62,000 nt of DNA from Vicugna vicugna. Lineage: Eukaryota. The translations under genes were made by a program, and so were the position numbers. Positions 23,902 to 36,469 of this stretch are shown here, piece after piece. The stretch's first letter is position 1. Each line of letters starts with the position of its first letter. The stretch spans positions 2,105,451 through 2,167,450 of the forward strand of contig MU058289.1 of the NCBI GenBank assembly GCA_013265495.1. Reading direction: 5' to 3'. The notes under the pieces are model-generated. The model did no database searches, was not told the DNA's origin, and saw only the letters and a program-made list of their open reading frames with translations.

Positions 23902-26900
23902 GTCAGTAGTCATCCCTTTGCTCCTCCCTAGCCGAGCCTGGCTGGACGTCGAGGGACACCATGACCTGGCCGCCAGCCCCCTCAGCGCTGCTCTTGTTTG
24001 GAGAGAACAGGCAGGAGCCATGCATCTCAGACCTCTCTGGGAGGCCCCTGCTTGGCCCAGGCAGTGCCGCTGACTGGGTGGCCAGAAGTGTCAGTGGCTA
24101 GGATGTGGCTGAGCTGCACGGGGGAGAGGATGTCTCAGTGAAGATCTGATCAGGCTTGGCTGGGCTCTCACGTGTCGGGAGACCCTTCTCACAGGCCCTC
24201 ATCAGCTGTAGATGCCGCCATCAGAGGATCCCCAGACTGCGAGAAGGGTGGAGTTGGAGGTCCCCTGGCTTTAATTCTCTTCCCAGTGGTTGCCCAGTGG
24301 TGTCATGTGGACTGGATAGTTATGTGACTGTCCTCCTGGGGCTTTGACTTTGTCCCCAGTGCAGGCAGTCGAAAGAGGCAGCCCCTGCCTTCCACTGCTG
24401 ATAGGGCAGGGCTGTGGCAGAGGTGAGACCACAGCTGAGCGCCCCGGGGTCTCCTTGGGAACCAAAGCCTCCCGATACTGCACCACCACCGGGCACATAC
24501 GGGGCCTCTGCTCCATCCCTGGACACTGTTTTAGCCCTCATGCTCTGTACTGGTCAGTGCTGGGTAGATCATAAACACTGAGAGGTCAGTGCCTGCTGCC
24601 CAAGATGCAGCCCCAGCCTGGCAAGATCGGCTGGGCAGGGCCCCTCTCTGCCACATTTTCCCAGACAGAGGTCGTCATACACAGAGCTGGGTGCAGCATG
24701 GAAGCTGCTGGCGGAGCCAGCCAGCTGGAGGCTGAGCAGCCCTTCTTTCCCTGGGCAGGACACAGACTGTTTCAGGGAAAGACAGCACTGAGTGAGAGGC
24801 TGCATTTCAGGGATCCTGGCCAGACACGCAGGGCTGTGTGGAACCAGGGTGTCTCAGCCTAGCCTGCTTGGGGGCAGACAGCTCACTTTGATGAACACGT
24901 GTGCCTGCCCCAGGCAGGTCAGCGTCAGTACCACTCTACACAGAGGACAGTCCTGCTTCGGTTCTGCTGTCCTGAAATGCCATGCCCACTTCTCTGTCCA
25001 TATCCTACCCATCCTCCAAGGCCTTGTACCAGCCCCCTGTGTCCCCTGCCAACTCTGGTCCATACTGGCAACCCTCCCCTGGCTCTTGGGACCCGTTGTG
25101 GATATTAGCTGTGTTCTGGTCTGTGCCTTGCCCTTTCTGTCTTGTCTTTGTTGCTGAGGCCCAGTTCTTCCCCCCCAAAGTTCACTAGCACGCTCTCTGC
25201 CTGCTCAGTCATGGGGACTGGCATCAGAAGTGTTTGGGACCCAGGGCTGAACTCAGCAGCCAGGGGCACGACCTGGTGCAGAAGGTGAATGAGTGGGTGG
25301 ATAGTCAGCAGCGTGGTGGTGCTCGGTCAGGAGGCCCTCGTGAAGGAGTACAGCTTACATCCTTGGGGCCGCGGGGCCTGTGTCTGCAGCTCCTTCTGCC
25401 TGGCTGGATTGTGAAGCAAGGGGGCACTTTTAGTGGATCTTTATTTTATGTCATGTGATTCCATACAAAGTTTTTTGGGGGAGGGGTGACATAGCATCTA
25501 AAGCGTCTGTTAATATACACGTGGCATGTTGTATTGATTTCTTTAGTATAGGAGCTCAAGTAGTCTGAACATTTATTCACATGCTCCTGACGAGGTCATT
25601 TGCCACTAACCTTGTATCTCCAAGTGCAAGAGGGGGAGGGATGCCCACCCTTAGTTCTGATTTTCTTCTGACCCTCTCTTTTGGCAGGTGTATCCCTCCT
25701 GCCTCTGTAAACTGCATCTTAACACTATTGTTCTTTGGGACCTTGACCTTCCAAGTCTCGTTGGCGGGAAACATGGAGGGGGCAGCCTGAGATGGGACAC
25801 AGTCAGAGCATCTCTGTGCTACAGCCTCCCAGCTGCAATCTGACATTTTTGTGTTTATGCCTGGGGAAAACAACTCCGTTTACACTGTGATTTCTGGGGA
25901 GAAGAAGGAGAGCTGACCTCCAAATGCAGCGAAATAGAGGAGGTCTTGAGTGTCAGGACACGGAAGCCTGTAATGATAGTGTAGAATTACAGCCTGCAGA
26001 TCAGCTCATCCTGAGTCTGTATTTATGAAGTGGAATCTTAAGTGAAGGCTTCAGCGGAGTTCAGGGCACAGGAGCGTTCTGCAATGCCCCACCATTGTCA
26101 CTGTCATCATTACTTGGCTTTGTCGTGCCCATCACTGCCATGGTTCTTATTTGAGACGAGGGCTCCTGTGGACTGTGGGACAGGTGCTTCAGTCTAGGCC
26201 GACACCTGCGTGTTCCAGTAACCTCGACAGCTCCCACGGCTCCCCTCCTCCCTCCCACCCTGTCCTGTGGTGGGCAACAGCTCTCTCCCCATGACAGAGG
26301 GGGCTGAGGCTCAAAGAGGTGAAGGGCGTCATCCACAACCAGGGAGTGCCAGAGTTGGGATGTGACCCCAGGACCTTTGGACCCCAGAGGCCTGCCCTCC
26401 ACCTCTGCATTTGCCCTGTCAGAAGTGGGGGCGTGCTGCAGGACACGCCTGTGGAGGTGACAAGGTTCCCAAGTGCCTTTGATTTTCTGTGGCTCAAAAT
26501 GGAGCCTGACAAAAATACAGACACCTGGGCTGGGAGGCTAGCGGTGCCCGGGGCCTGCTCCATCATGGAAGGTGACAGAAAGCCCTTTATATTGGGGAAG
26601 GGCTCCCTGGACCAGTTCTCTGGTGCTCAGCTTGGTTTAACCTCAGGCAGCCTTGGCCATCTGTACAAATCACAGACAGGAAGCAGCTGACACTGTCTCC
26701 TCTGAAAGAAGATGGGAAGCTCTCACCCCAGGTCATGGACCGTCACTTGATACAGCATGTAAAATGCAGGTGTCTGATGCAGCACACCTGGCTATTTCGT
26801 TCCCCCCCTCCCATAGGTGATCCTGAGTTTAGTTATTGAGAAGGTAGAGTGAATGGTGGCTCCATGAATGGTAGAGAGGGGGGCACTCAGGAGAACCTTG

Positions 26901-28469
26901 AGAGGTGCTACAAGGCATTGCCATTAAGGTGCAGTGCAAAGGCCGGGATTCACAGGGACAGGAACTGGCCAGGGGGAGGGAACATTCTGTGCTCTCTGTG
27001 GCACCTGGTGAATGTTGGGGGGCACCAGGGTCCCTGGCTCAGATGTAGGCAGGATGGACATAAGAGACCTTGGTGGCAGAACAGTGATGGATGCCCCTGC
27101 CTCTCCGCCCCAGTGGGTCGAGGCATCAGGGAGTGGTGGGGTCTGTGGCAGGCTTTCTGAAGAGACAGCTACGTTTTGTGACATTGCTGGTGCAAGGTTA
27201 CTAGATACTCCAACTGTTCAGGAGTGGCTGCACATCCGTATTATCTGTGGTCTTTCCTGATGTTTAAATTTAAGAACCAAATTGAAAATTTTAAATGCAT
27301 TGCCAGCCACCAGTGTGTAGCCCTGTTTCAGACTGCCGTGAAAAAGGTTCATTTTTTAATAGCTTTGCTTTTTGCATGGTGGATCCTAGCTCCCCGGAGC
27401 AGTGCAGGCTTTCTTGACAGCACGGGTCGAGGATTGTCTAGCCCCTTTTTCTGGATCATCACCCTTGAAGAATGGCCTGCAGGCCTCGTTGGAGTCCTGG
27501 CCATGAGGGTATGTGAGGTGTCCACCGGAAGCCCCAGGAGAGGATCCTTGTCTGCAGGGCTCTAGAAAGTTCTGTGTGTGCCATCCACCTCAACCTGCCG
27601 GAGAGGCTTAGCTACTTGGGAAATGGTGCTGTGACATAAAGCAAGGCCAGGGGCATTTCACAGTGCCGGTTGTGAGAGCTGATGGGTCCCCAGTGACCAC
27701 CTTTTGTGGAAATGAGGCCTTGTGTTGACAGAGCTATGCCACCTTGTGTACATTTCCAACTCATGACATAGAGCTGCTCATGTCACCTTAATTTTGGAGC
27801 CATGGGATCAGGGTGTGCTGATGAGAGTGTAGCACTGATGGGTCTCTGCCGGGAAGGGCACGTGCAGCCGCCCGGCTCGGGGAGGCTCTGCAGACACAGA
27901 GGTAACCAGGGCCCACTCACGTGGTCCGTTGTGATCGATAAAAGATGCTGTTCTGCCCGGACTTGCAGGCGCCACACCTGCTGCATCAGGCCTCCGTACG
28001 TCTGTTTTCTCCCCCATTATCCCCAGCCAGCACGTCCTGAGTCGTAGCCGAGAGAAAAACCATCAGCTCACACATTTGTTATCCTGCTCCCCTCTCCCAA
28101 GGACAATAGCACATGCAGTCCCCCAGCGCCTGCTCGCTCTCCGGTTCTGCTGCCGTAACTGACCCGCTCTGTGCTGATGAATGTAGCCCCTTCATGTCGA
28201 CGTAGCAGCATACCCAGGGCCCCACAAGTGCAGCTCCTGTTCCTCTTAATGAGCCGCCCCTCCTGGAGGAGAGCCTGGGGAGTGCCAGCCACTCACCACG
28301 CCGCTGTTTGTGCAGCTCAGAGGCTGGGATTCAGTTGTTCTCGGAGCAGTTACTGAGCAGACAAGGAGGGTGCAGGGAGACGGGGTGTCGGGAGGGCAGC
28401 TGGTGCACGTCGGGAGAGTCATCTGACTGTGAGCATTGAGACCCTGATGAAGCATGTGGTTTTTCATCC

Positions 28470-29165
28470 AGCAGTTTCACTGGGTCAGATTTTTTTTAAA
28501 GGAAATCATTTTTTAAGGAATTTATCTTAAAGAAATAAAAACTTATATATGAGGACATCCATCAGGATGTTATTTATAATAATCATCAGAAAAAATGTAA
28601 GTGCCCAGTGGAGGAATGAATAAATGACCTATACCATGTCTGTTAAGAGACTATTTATACAGCCATAGGCATAACTCTGGGCTGTGCCCTCTTTCGGCTC
28701 TGAACCTGGGCAGACTAACCCATAAGCTTTTTCATTTGTGAAATCTGGACGTCTGTGGCACCACCTTCGTGGGTGGTTACGTGAGAGGTGTCCGCCATGA
28801 CTGGCACAGGCTGTAATCCCAGGCTCCCTGGATGTTTACCATCCCCAGTGGCAGTGACTGGTAAAAATGGTATGTTTGAAGAATACTTAATGACAAGAAA
28901 TAAGCGAAGCGTGTAACTTCATATGATCCAAATGTCATTACAGATCTCTGTTTTTATGTGCAGAGATAAAAAGTCTCGGGGGATGGTTTTTGTAGGTGTA
29001 TTTCATCTTTTTATAGTTTTCAATATCTTCCAGGTTTACTCTGGGAGACTCTCAATATTAAAAAGCATATATATACGTATGTCAAAACTTATCAAAATGT
29101 GCGCTTTAAATATGTGCAGCGTAGAGGATGTCAGTGATAGCTCAATAAAGCTGTTAAAACAACAA
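28470..29165 (+). mobile_element. Old L1M fragments with a MIR-like segment (~28680-28820), ending in an L1 3' terminus
   Basis: ggaatttatcttaaagaaataa, gactatttatacagccata, and atgtcaaaacttatcaaaatgtgcgctttaaatatgtgcag...ctcaataaagctgttaaaa. Confidence 0.6.
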
Positions 29166-30076
29166 ACAAGTCCTCCTCACTCTCTCCCTGTGTCAGGGTG
29201 TTAAGAGTTTAGGGTGGGGTGTAGGGAGGGAGCTCAAGTACAATAGGAGCTACAGCAGCCAAGACACAGCTCCGGCTGAGGGGTGGGGCCAGGGGAGGAG
29301 GAAAGTGGTCCCACCAGGGTGGTAGGCACCCTTGGGGTATGGATGTCACAGCTGACGCTGTGTGATGGGCACTTGGCCACGGGGATGAGGGCTGTCGGGG
29401 GGCAGCAGAGGAGGGAATGAACCAACCTGCTGCATGGGGATAGGCGGGCAGCAGGCAGGGGCTTCCGCCCTGAGTACAAATTGATGAAGCAGCTGAGATG
29501 GGGAGAAGGCATCCCAGGCGGAGGTAAGAGCCCTGGTGAAGGCATGGGGAGATGAGCTTGTGTGGCCTGCTTCTTTGGGGGGCTAGGTAGGAAGCCACTG
29601 GTGTGTGTGGTGGGATGTGAGGTCTGAGTGGGCTGTAGGGAGGGAGGAAACCTAACCCCACATGGTCCAGGAGATGAATGAGGGCAGGAAGGAGAGGCGT
29701 CTACCTGGGAATCAGAGGCTGGTGGGGCCAGTGGCTGAGAGATTGCCACAAGGGGTCGGTCTTTCAGGAGGGGCTTGGCAGATGGACAGAGGTGCTGGCC
29801 TCGGAGGGTGGGTGGGTCCATCTGTTTGGAGCTGGGACCTGCATGGGACGTGGAGGCAGGGCAACATGTGGGGAGGTATGCTGGGTTCAGATTTGAATCC
29901 CTCTCTGCCACTGAGAGCTGTGTGGCTTTCAGAAGTCCCTTATTTTCTGTAAGCCTCCTGTTTTACGGATCTGCTTGATCCATGTGAGCTGTCACTGTTT
30001 AGTAACGCTGCTATGTCATCTCCATCACACTTCGCGTGGGTTGTGCTAAAGTGGATTTTTCTTTCCGACCTTGCAG

Positions 30077-30124
30077 ATTGCCAGTGTCCTAACGTCACGG
30101 AGCCCCTCTGTCCTCCTCACTTTG
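30077..30124 (+). CDS. PEPD: PEPD exon 5 (IASVLTSRSPSVLLTL)
   Basis: ccttgcag|ATT GCC AGT ... ACT TTG|gtaagt; 48 nt, phase 0-0. Confidence 0.96.
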
Positions 30125-31504
30125 GTAAGTGGCCTGTGTCCAGGGACCAAGCAGTTTTTTTTTTACGGGGAGGGGCTTCAGGGAGCTGCTTGTCCCTACA
30201 GAGATCAGAGCTGTAGGGGAGGACTGAGAACCGAGAGCAACAATCATTGGTGATAAGTAGTGACACTTCAGTGTGAACAGTTGAATATGTCCAGGACCAT
30301 GCCCTTGATTCTCCAGTCGCCCTGGGATGTGCTATGTCCTGTCCTGAGGCCACTGTGGACAAGACACCACACACACTGTGAGGGTTAAAACCCAGCTGCG
30401 ATCTATCTGTCAAGCTGAGCTGGTGGGATTTGTGGATGCAGAATATCAATTTGCTTCCACCCTGCGTCTCCGCCATTGTTAACAGAATTTGAAAAACACA
30501 CCCGTTGCATCTGCTATGAGGATCCTGGGCTGTGTGGCATCAGATTTTGGACTCGGGCCTGAATAACCGAGGTCCTGCTGCAGCCTGGGGTGGACAGGGG
30601 TGCATGGTGCACCCTAGCAGGGCATTGAGGGTGCTTGGGCTGTGGAACAGCTCAGAGGAGAAGCCTGCTCTCTTATATTTCTTCAGCCTTGGGGAGCTTC
30701 AAATATGAAGAGTGTACAGCCCTTCTTTCCTCCCAGAGTGACCCTTCTCTCCTTCATTAATTGATTTTTACAGAAATAGTTCTCCTCGGTTATTTTTGTT
30801 AGCACTTCGTGTGGTCTGTTTTCCCCGCTCCGCTGTTTTGGTGGCTGAGAAGAAAGGCTAGATGATTGTGGTCACAGAGGGTCCAGTGTGTTTTATCGGG
30901 GTAGGGAGGGGGATACAATTAGACACCGACCTGCAGTTCTGGAGGACGAAGTGGTGATTTAGAAGGCCTTGCCTCTCAGGGGATGGCAGGTTTTCCTCTG
31001 AATCTTTTGTTTTGTCTCAGTTCCACTTGGAGTCTCCTTATGATTAGGAAAGAAGAGAAAGGTAACAGAGTCCTGGTGTCATCGAGAAAGGCCCAGCCTG
31101 CCTGAGACCAGTCCTGCCCCCATCTTTGGAAGGGCCGGATCTGACAGTGCTGGTCGGGACACTGTCTGTGGGGAGCGTGTGCGCACACGCGTGCACGAGG
31201 GAGATGGGCCAGCCTGGGAGGGCAGGTTGTGGTCGAGGGTGGTGACGGTCTGCGCTCTTCTCCCCCAGCCCCACCCAGTGCCCGAGCAGCCCAAGATGGG
31301 GTCAGCCAAGGACTTGGACGGAGGAGGCCTTTTTTTCTCTGCTTTTGAAGCTGCCGCAGAGAAAGCAGGGCTGCCCTTGTGCTGGGACCTGGCTTGAAGC
31401 CACCTGAAAGGCGGGAAGTGGTGGGTTGGCCGGGCTGGGGTGGGGGCTCCCCGTTCTTACCCATGTGTCTGGTCTGTGCCCTCAAGCTCCCTCTCTCTCC
31501 GCAG

Positions 31505-31566
31505 CGCGGCGTCAACACCGACAGCGGCAGTGTCTGCAGGGAGGCGTCCTTCGAGGGCATCAGCAA
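31505..31566 (+). CDS. PEPD: PEPD exon 6 (RGVNTDSGSVCREASFEGISK)
   Basis: ctctctctccgcag|CGC GGC GTC AAC ... AGC AA|gtgagc; 62 nt. Confidence 0.96.
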
Positions 31567-33746
31567 GTGAGCGCTGGGGCCCCGGGAGCTGTTTTCCTTC
31601 ATCCTCCACCAGCTCACATCTTCACCAGCTGCTCCAGTCCCAGAAAGGGCCCCTCTGCTTTACCTGCCCTCACTCCCCAGTTTAGCCCCAGATCGAGCCC
31701 CCAAGCCCTGTTCCCCCTTCTGGGCCTCTCTGAGCAGAAGGCCAGGCGTTGGGCACACGGAGCACGGTGCCTCACCTGCTTTCATCCTCACGCCCTGGCC
31801 CCTGGAGTGTGCCGCCTGCCAGCTGTGCCTGTGTCCCTGGGCTGGCTGGTGACTGGCCCTGCAGGGGTGGGGGTCTGTCTGCAGCAGACGAGCCCTTGAG
31901 GGGAGGCACCTGCTCCCTCGGGCTGCCGAGTGTGGCAAGCTCTCCCTTCTGCCGGGTCTCCTGTACCTCCAGCCCCAGCCCCTCCCCCACCACACATACT
32001 CTGCGCCACTGTGTCCTCTGTTGTCCTTTGGTGGACCCAGGCGGTGGCAGAGGAAGCGACTTATAATTATGCATGAGCCTGAGCCACGGGGGTTTGTGCG
32101 TATGTGTGATGTAGGGTGATTAGGAGGGATTATGAGCTTATAAATATGTATCACATCCCCCAGTGGTAAGCACGATGGGGCAGGGGGAGCGGGTATCAGG
32201 TTTGCTTCTTTTCACCGCACAAATCTCCGCATCCTCTGGGAATTCCCCGGAGCGGCCTTGCCTCCCACACCGGCAGTGATTAGCCCGGCTCGTTGAGATG
32301 CCGGCCGTGGAGCCGCTCTTTCCCCAGGCCCTCAAGGAGTGTGCTGCGGGGCGCAGCTGGCTGCTGCCTGTCCTGGGCCGAGACCTCCTGGTCCCCCAGC
32401 ACTGCCAGGTGCCAGGGCTCCCGTGCCCTGCTCGCCTGCCTCCACCAACACCATGGAGTGTCTGTGGTCCCATGGGCTGGTCCCCTTGGCCTTGGCTGGG
32501 GTCTGTGCCTTGTTGGGAGGTCCCTGAGCTGGGAGGAGGGAGCCCTGGTGGCTGCCACACTGATCGGTTCTGTGACCTTGGCAAAACTTGCCTCTGAGCC
32601 TCAGCTGCCCCTCCCCTCCTCCATGTAGCATGATGCTGCTTGGACTTGCCATGGGATGAAGTGAGATCCTGCTCATCCCAACTGGCTTGGAGCTGGTACT
32701 TAGTGAAACAGTTGCCTGTGAGCAAACCCCTGTCATGCCCTGATGCCCCTCTGGGCCTCAGTTTCCCCAGCTGTGTAGTGGGCCAGTGGACTTCAGGATC
32801 TCTGATGACAAGATTCCTGGATGTCGGAGAGCTGTGGGGCTTCTTGGCTATGGTGTCTTTGCCTTCCCCTTCCTCCCCTGAGGTCTCTGCTGCAGAGAAC
32901 ACCTCCTTAGCACCCTGGAAGCACAGGTCTGGTGGGTGGCGTGATGGATATGGCTTCTGGCTGGGAGCTCAGGATGTGGTCCCTGAGAGCAGAGCTCTCC
33001 TGGCTGCTCCCTAAGGTTTTCTGGGGGAAGGCCGGGGGCCCCCAGGGACACGATCACTGTTGGTGAGCAGTGGAAGCTGAGGCCTCGTCCCCATCCCCCC
33101 GGGAGGAGTCCCACTGTGAACCAACTTCTCCCTCCACTGAGCAGACCCCAGCCTCTGTCTCCTGCTGCTCCCTGAGGACTCACAGACCCTGCCAAGGGCC
33201 CAGAGGAGCCCATGCTTGGCCAATACCCACCCCCGTCTCCCTCCATTAGCATTTGGGGGGCTTTTTGGAGAGCCAGGGCTTACCTTAACTTTGCAAACTC
33301 TCCCAGACACTGGGCTGGCCCTCCCCAACCCATGATCCAGTCCCGATGGGCTGACGATGGGCTGCCCCGCAGGCCCCTCACTGCTGGGCTGAGTGCCTGC
33401 CCCCATATTCGTTTCCACACCCTCCTGTCAGGCTAGGTTTTCTGACTTGGCGGATGTACTGTGAGAGCCCCCCACGTGTGTCTCTCTGCCTTGGTGTCCC
33501 CTGGCCTGCCTGTGGTACTCCTGCCCTCCTGTCCCCTCACACCTCGCTCCGGGCCTCACATCCCGCTGTGGCACCTTTCATGTAGCTCCACCCCAAGGGG
33601 TTGCTCCCTTTGGGTGCCCCCTACCCCCCATGCCATGGCCACTGACCTTGGGCCTCCTGCCAACACTTTTCCTGCAGAAAGTCTCGTCTGTATTCCTGGG
33701 GTCTAGGTGCAGCTCAGCCCCTGCCTCCTACCCACCTGGCTTCCAG

Positions 33747-33794
33747 CACCTCAGCTCTGCCACCTTCTAGCACCTCAGCTCTGCCACCTTCTAG
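33747..33794. repeat. Perfect 24-bp tandem duplication
   Basis: CACCTCAGCTCTGCCACCTTCTAG at 33747-33770 and again at 33771-33794. Confidence 0.9.
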
Positions 33795-35619
33795 CCTCTG
33801 TGCCAGCCTGGGGAGGCTCTTGTCCTCCAGAGCCGCTGCGGCTGGGTGACTGCGTTCACCTGCCTGCCGAGAGCCTCTCCAGCTGTTTGCGGGGATAATA
33901 ATAGCCTGTTTCCTAAGCAAGATGAATCTTGCTGTCGTCCTGCTTTCCAGTGCTCAACTGCTTCTGTCACTGGTCTCTCCTCACTGTCCTAATGAAGTGT
34001 CTTATTCCTGGAATTTTTGTTTTTGACCCTTTTGAACTCCTCTGTGATTCCTCCCACTTTGGCTCCTTGATTGACCTGGTCTGGCAGAAGTTTGGGTTTT
34101 GGCCTCTCAGTGTGTCCTGCTGGGCCAACCCAGGCTGCCTTTATCCCCTGGCCTGGGGGTGGAGGTGGGGGAAGCTTGTGGTGGAACAGTGGCCTCACCT
34201 GCCAGACCCTCTGGGCCCTGGTCCAGTCGAGTGGTCTTCCTGTGACCTTCTCTCCAAGGGTGGCTCCTCAGGGTTGGCTTCTTCAGGTCTGTCACCTTTG
34301 TGAGCTGTGCATTTGGTCCTTGGAGACCTCAGACTTCCCTCAGACTTCCCGGATCAGGGCCAGGCCACTGGCTGCCCCCTGCAGGGAGTGTGCCAGGTGT
34401 CACAGTGATGGGATTGGTAGAGGACTAGGAGCAGGGAGACAGAGGCAGGGTGAGGGTGGGAGACGTGCCCAGAGATCCCTCATGGCCTGGGGTCTCTGGA
34501 CTCACCAAGGGGTGTGGCTTTATCCTTCCCGGAGAGCCAGGGCTGTGGTTGTGCTGGGGTGAAGAGAGCAGGTGGGGACAGTCCGCAGTCCTCATGCTGA
34601 GTTTGGGCTCTGGCCAGGGGATAGGGTCAGGCGCTCATTGCCAGGTCCTGGCGAGGCATGGCCGGGACTGTTCTGTGGAGAAGGTAGCCCTGCAGTAAAG
34701 ACAGCTTCTTCCTGGGGGCTGCAGGTAACACAGCTGCCTGGAGCAGCAGCCTGGGTGCAAAGGCAGACATGATAAATCTTTGTTAGCATCTGAGGAGGTC
34801 AACTAGAGAGTGGATTTTCCCGAGAGAGACATACAGACAGACTCTGACAATGAAGGGAAGAGATTATCCCTGAGGGGCCCTGGGCGGGGGCAGTGAGGGC
34901 TGAGGGCTCTGTTTCATGCCGCTGTCTGACAGAGAAATATGGTCGGTATTTTACATCAGCTGGGTGCTTAGGATAAGCATATTTCTTATCTTTTGGCATT
35001 TACTTAAATTGCCTTGCATATTTGAAGACAATTGGTTACAAATTAATTCCATTTAAATAAGCAGTTAAATATGAAATTGCTGAATTTGGCGGTTATTAAT
35101 GCAGGAATATTAATACTCAGTGATGTGAATTTTTAAACCCACGAAACAGACGGACATCATTAAAATTTGACAGTCACAATAAAATGGCAGTCTGTGGTGT
35201 GGGAACCATTGGTTTTCTGGTTACTGTTAACTTACGTATCAAGTTAATATTTAGGATTGGGCTTCTCCATGAGTTTCCTGAAGAGATAAGAACCCGCCCC
35301 CAGCAGGTGAGGGGGCCCTCCCGAGGCCTGCTCTCCATCCTTGGGTTAGAAACTGCAGGGAGGCAGGGCTGGTCGGTCCCACACGACTCAGCCTTCATCA
35401 CCCAGCCCACAGGTAGAGCCCACCAGGGAGTTACCCTCTGCTTCCAGGACACTCCCCACCGTCATGGGCTCTGGTGGGCTTCATAGTTGTTTTTGCACAA
35501 TTATCACGTGCTGGTTGTAGAAAACTCTGAACTGGCACATAGGCAGAAGCAAGGAGTGTTCCAGTTCCATTACCCTGAATTAAACTGTCACCACCACAGT
35601 GCGTGTCTTTTGGGCTCTT

Positions 35620-35830
35620 CTGCGTGTGTTTCCCTGAGTGATTTTGTGTCTGAGTGTGCATTTGTGTGAGTCTGTGTGGTTCTGTGTGTGTGTGTATTTG
35701 GGTGTGGATCTTTATGTGTTAGGCTAAGTGTATGCTCATCTCTGTGTGTGTGTGTGTTTGCATCTGTGTCTGTGTGCTGGGTCATTTTGCTGCTTGTGTG
35801 CGTGGGTGGGTGTATGTGTGTCTATACGTA
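35620..35830. repeat. TG-rich low-complexity tract
   Basis: Degenerate (TG)n runs. Confidence 0.8.
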
Positions 35831-36469
35831 CATTTTGTAAAGTGAGATTTTACTGTCATGTTTGGCTTTTGAGGAGACAGGCCGCTGCTTTTCCTGGCGT
35901 CAGAGTGACATTTGGCAGAATGGGAGTTGGAGTCTGTGTTGCCGTCTTTGTTTATGTCATCCGCTGCTCTGTTCTTCACTCTGAACCACTTGGCTGTCTG
36001 TGGTCTCTTTGATATTTCACAAGTAGGGCTTGATTCTACAACATTTTAGTTGACTTTGAATTAAGTAGTCTTATTTGTGTAGTTAGGGATCCTGAAAGCT
36101 TTGAAGATCTGGAATTCTCTCAGCCTGCTATCACCCCCTTCTCTCTCCTCTCCCTGTCCCTCCTTCAGCCAGGAGTAGGGGTGCCAGCTGCACACCCACG
36201 GCATTAGATAGGTGTCTTCAGACACCAGTCAACGAGGCCGTGGAGAGTCCCCAGTTGGTCACAAGTCTGTGTGCCCCATGTGTAATATCCTGACCTGAGA
36301 TGCAGCTGGGGGCAGAATCCCAAGGGTTGAATCCCAAGGATTCTCTGCTGAAGCTTGTACGTTGTGCTGGGCCACGTTGTGCTTCCCCTGCTGTCTCACC
36401 AACTGATTTCTTGAGCTCTGAGCCACACGTGGCACGAATGTCAGGGATGTGCCCCAACCTGATTCTTTT

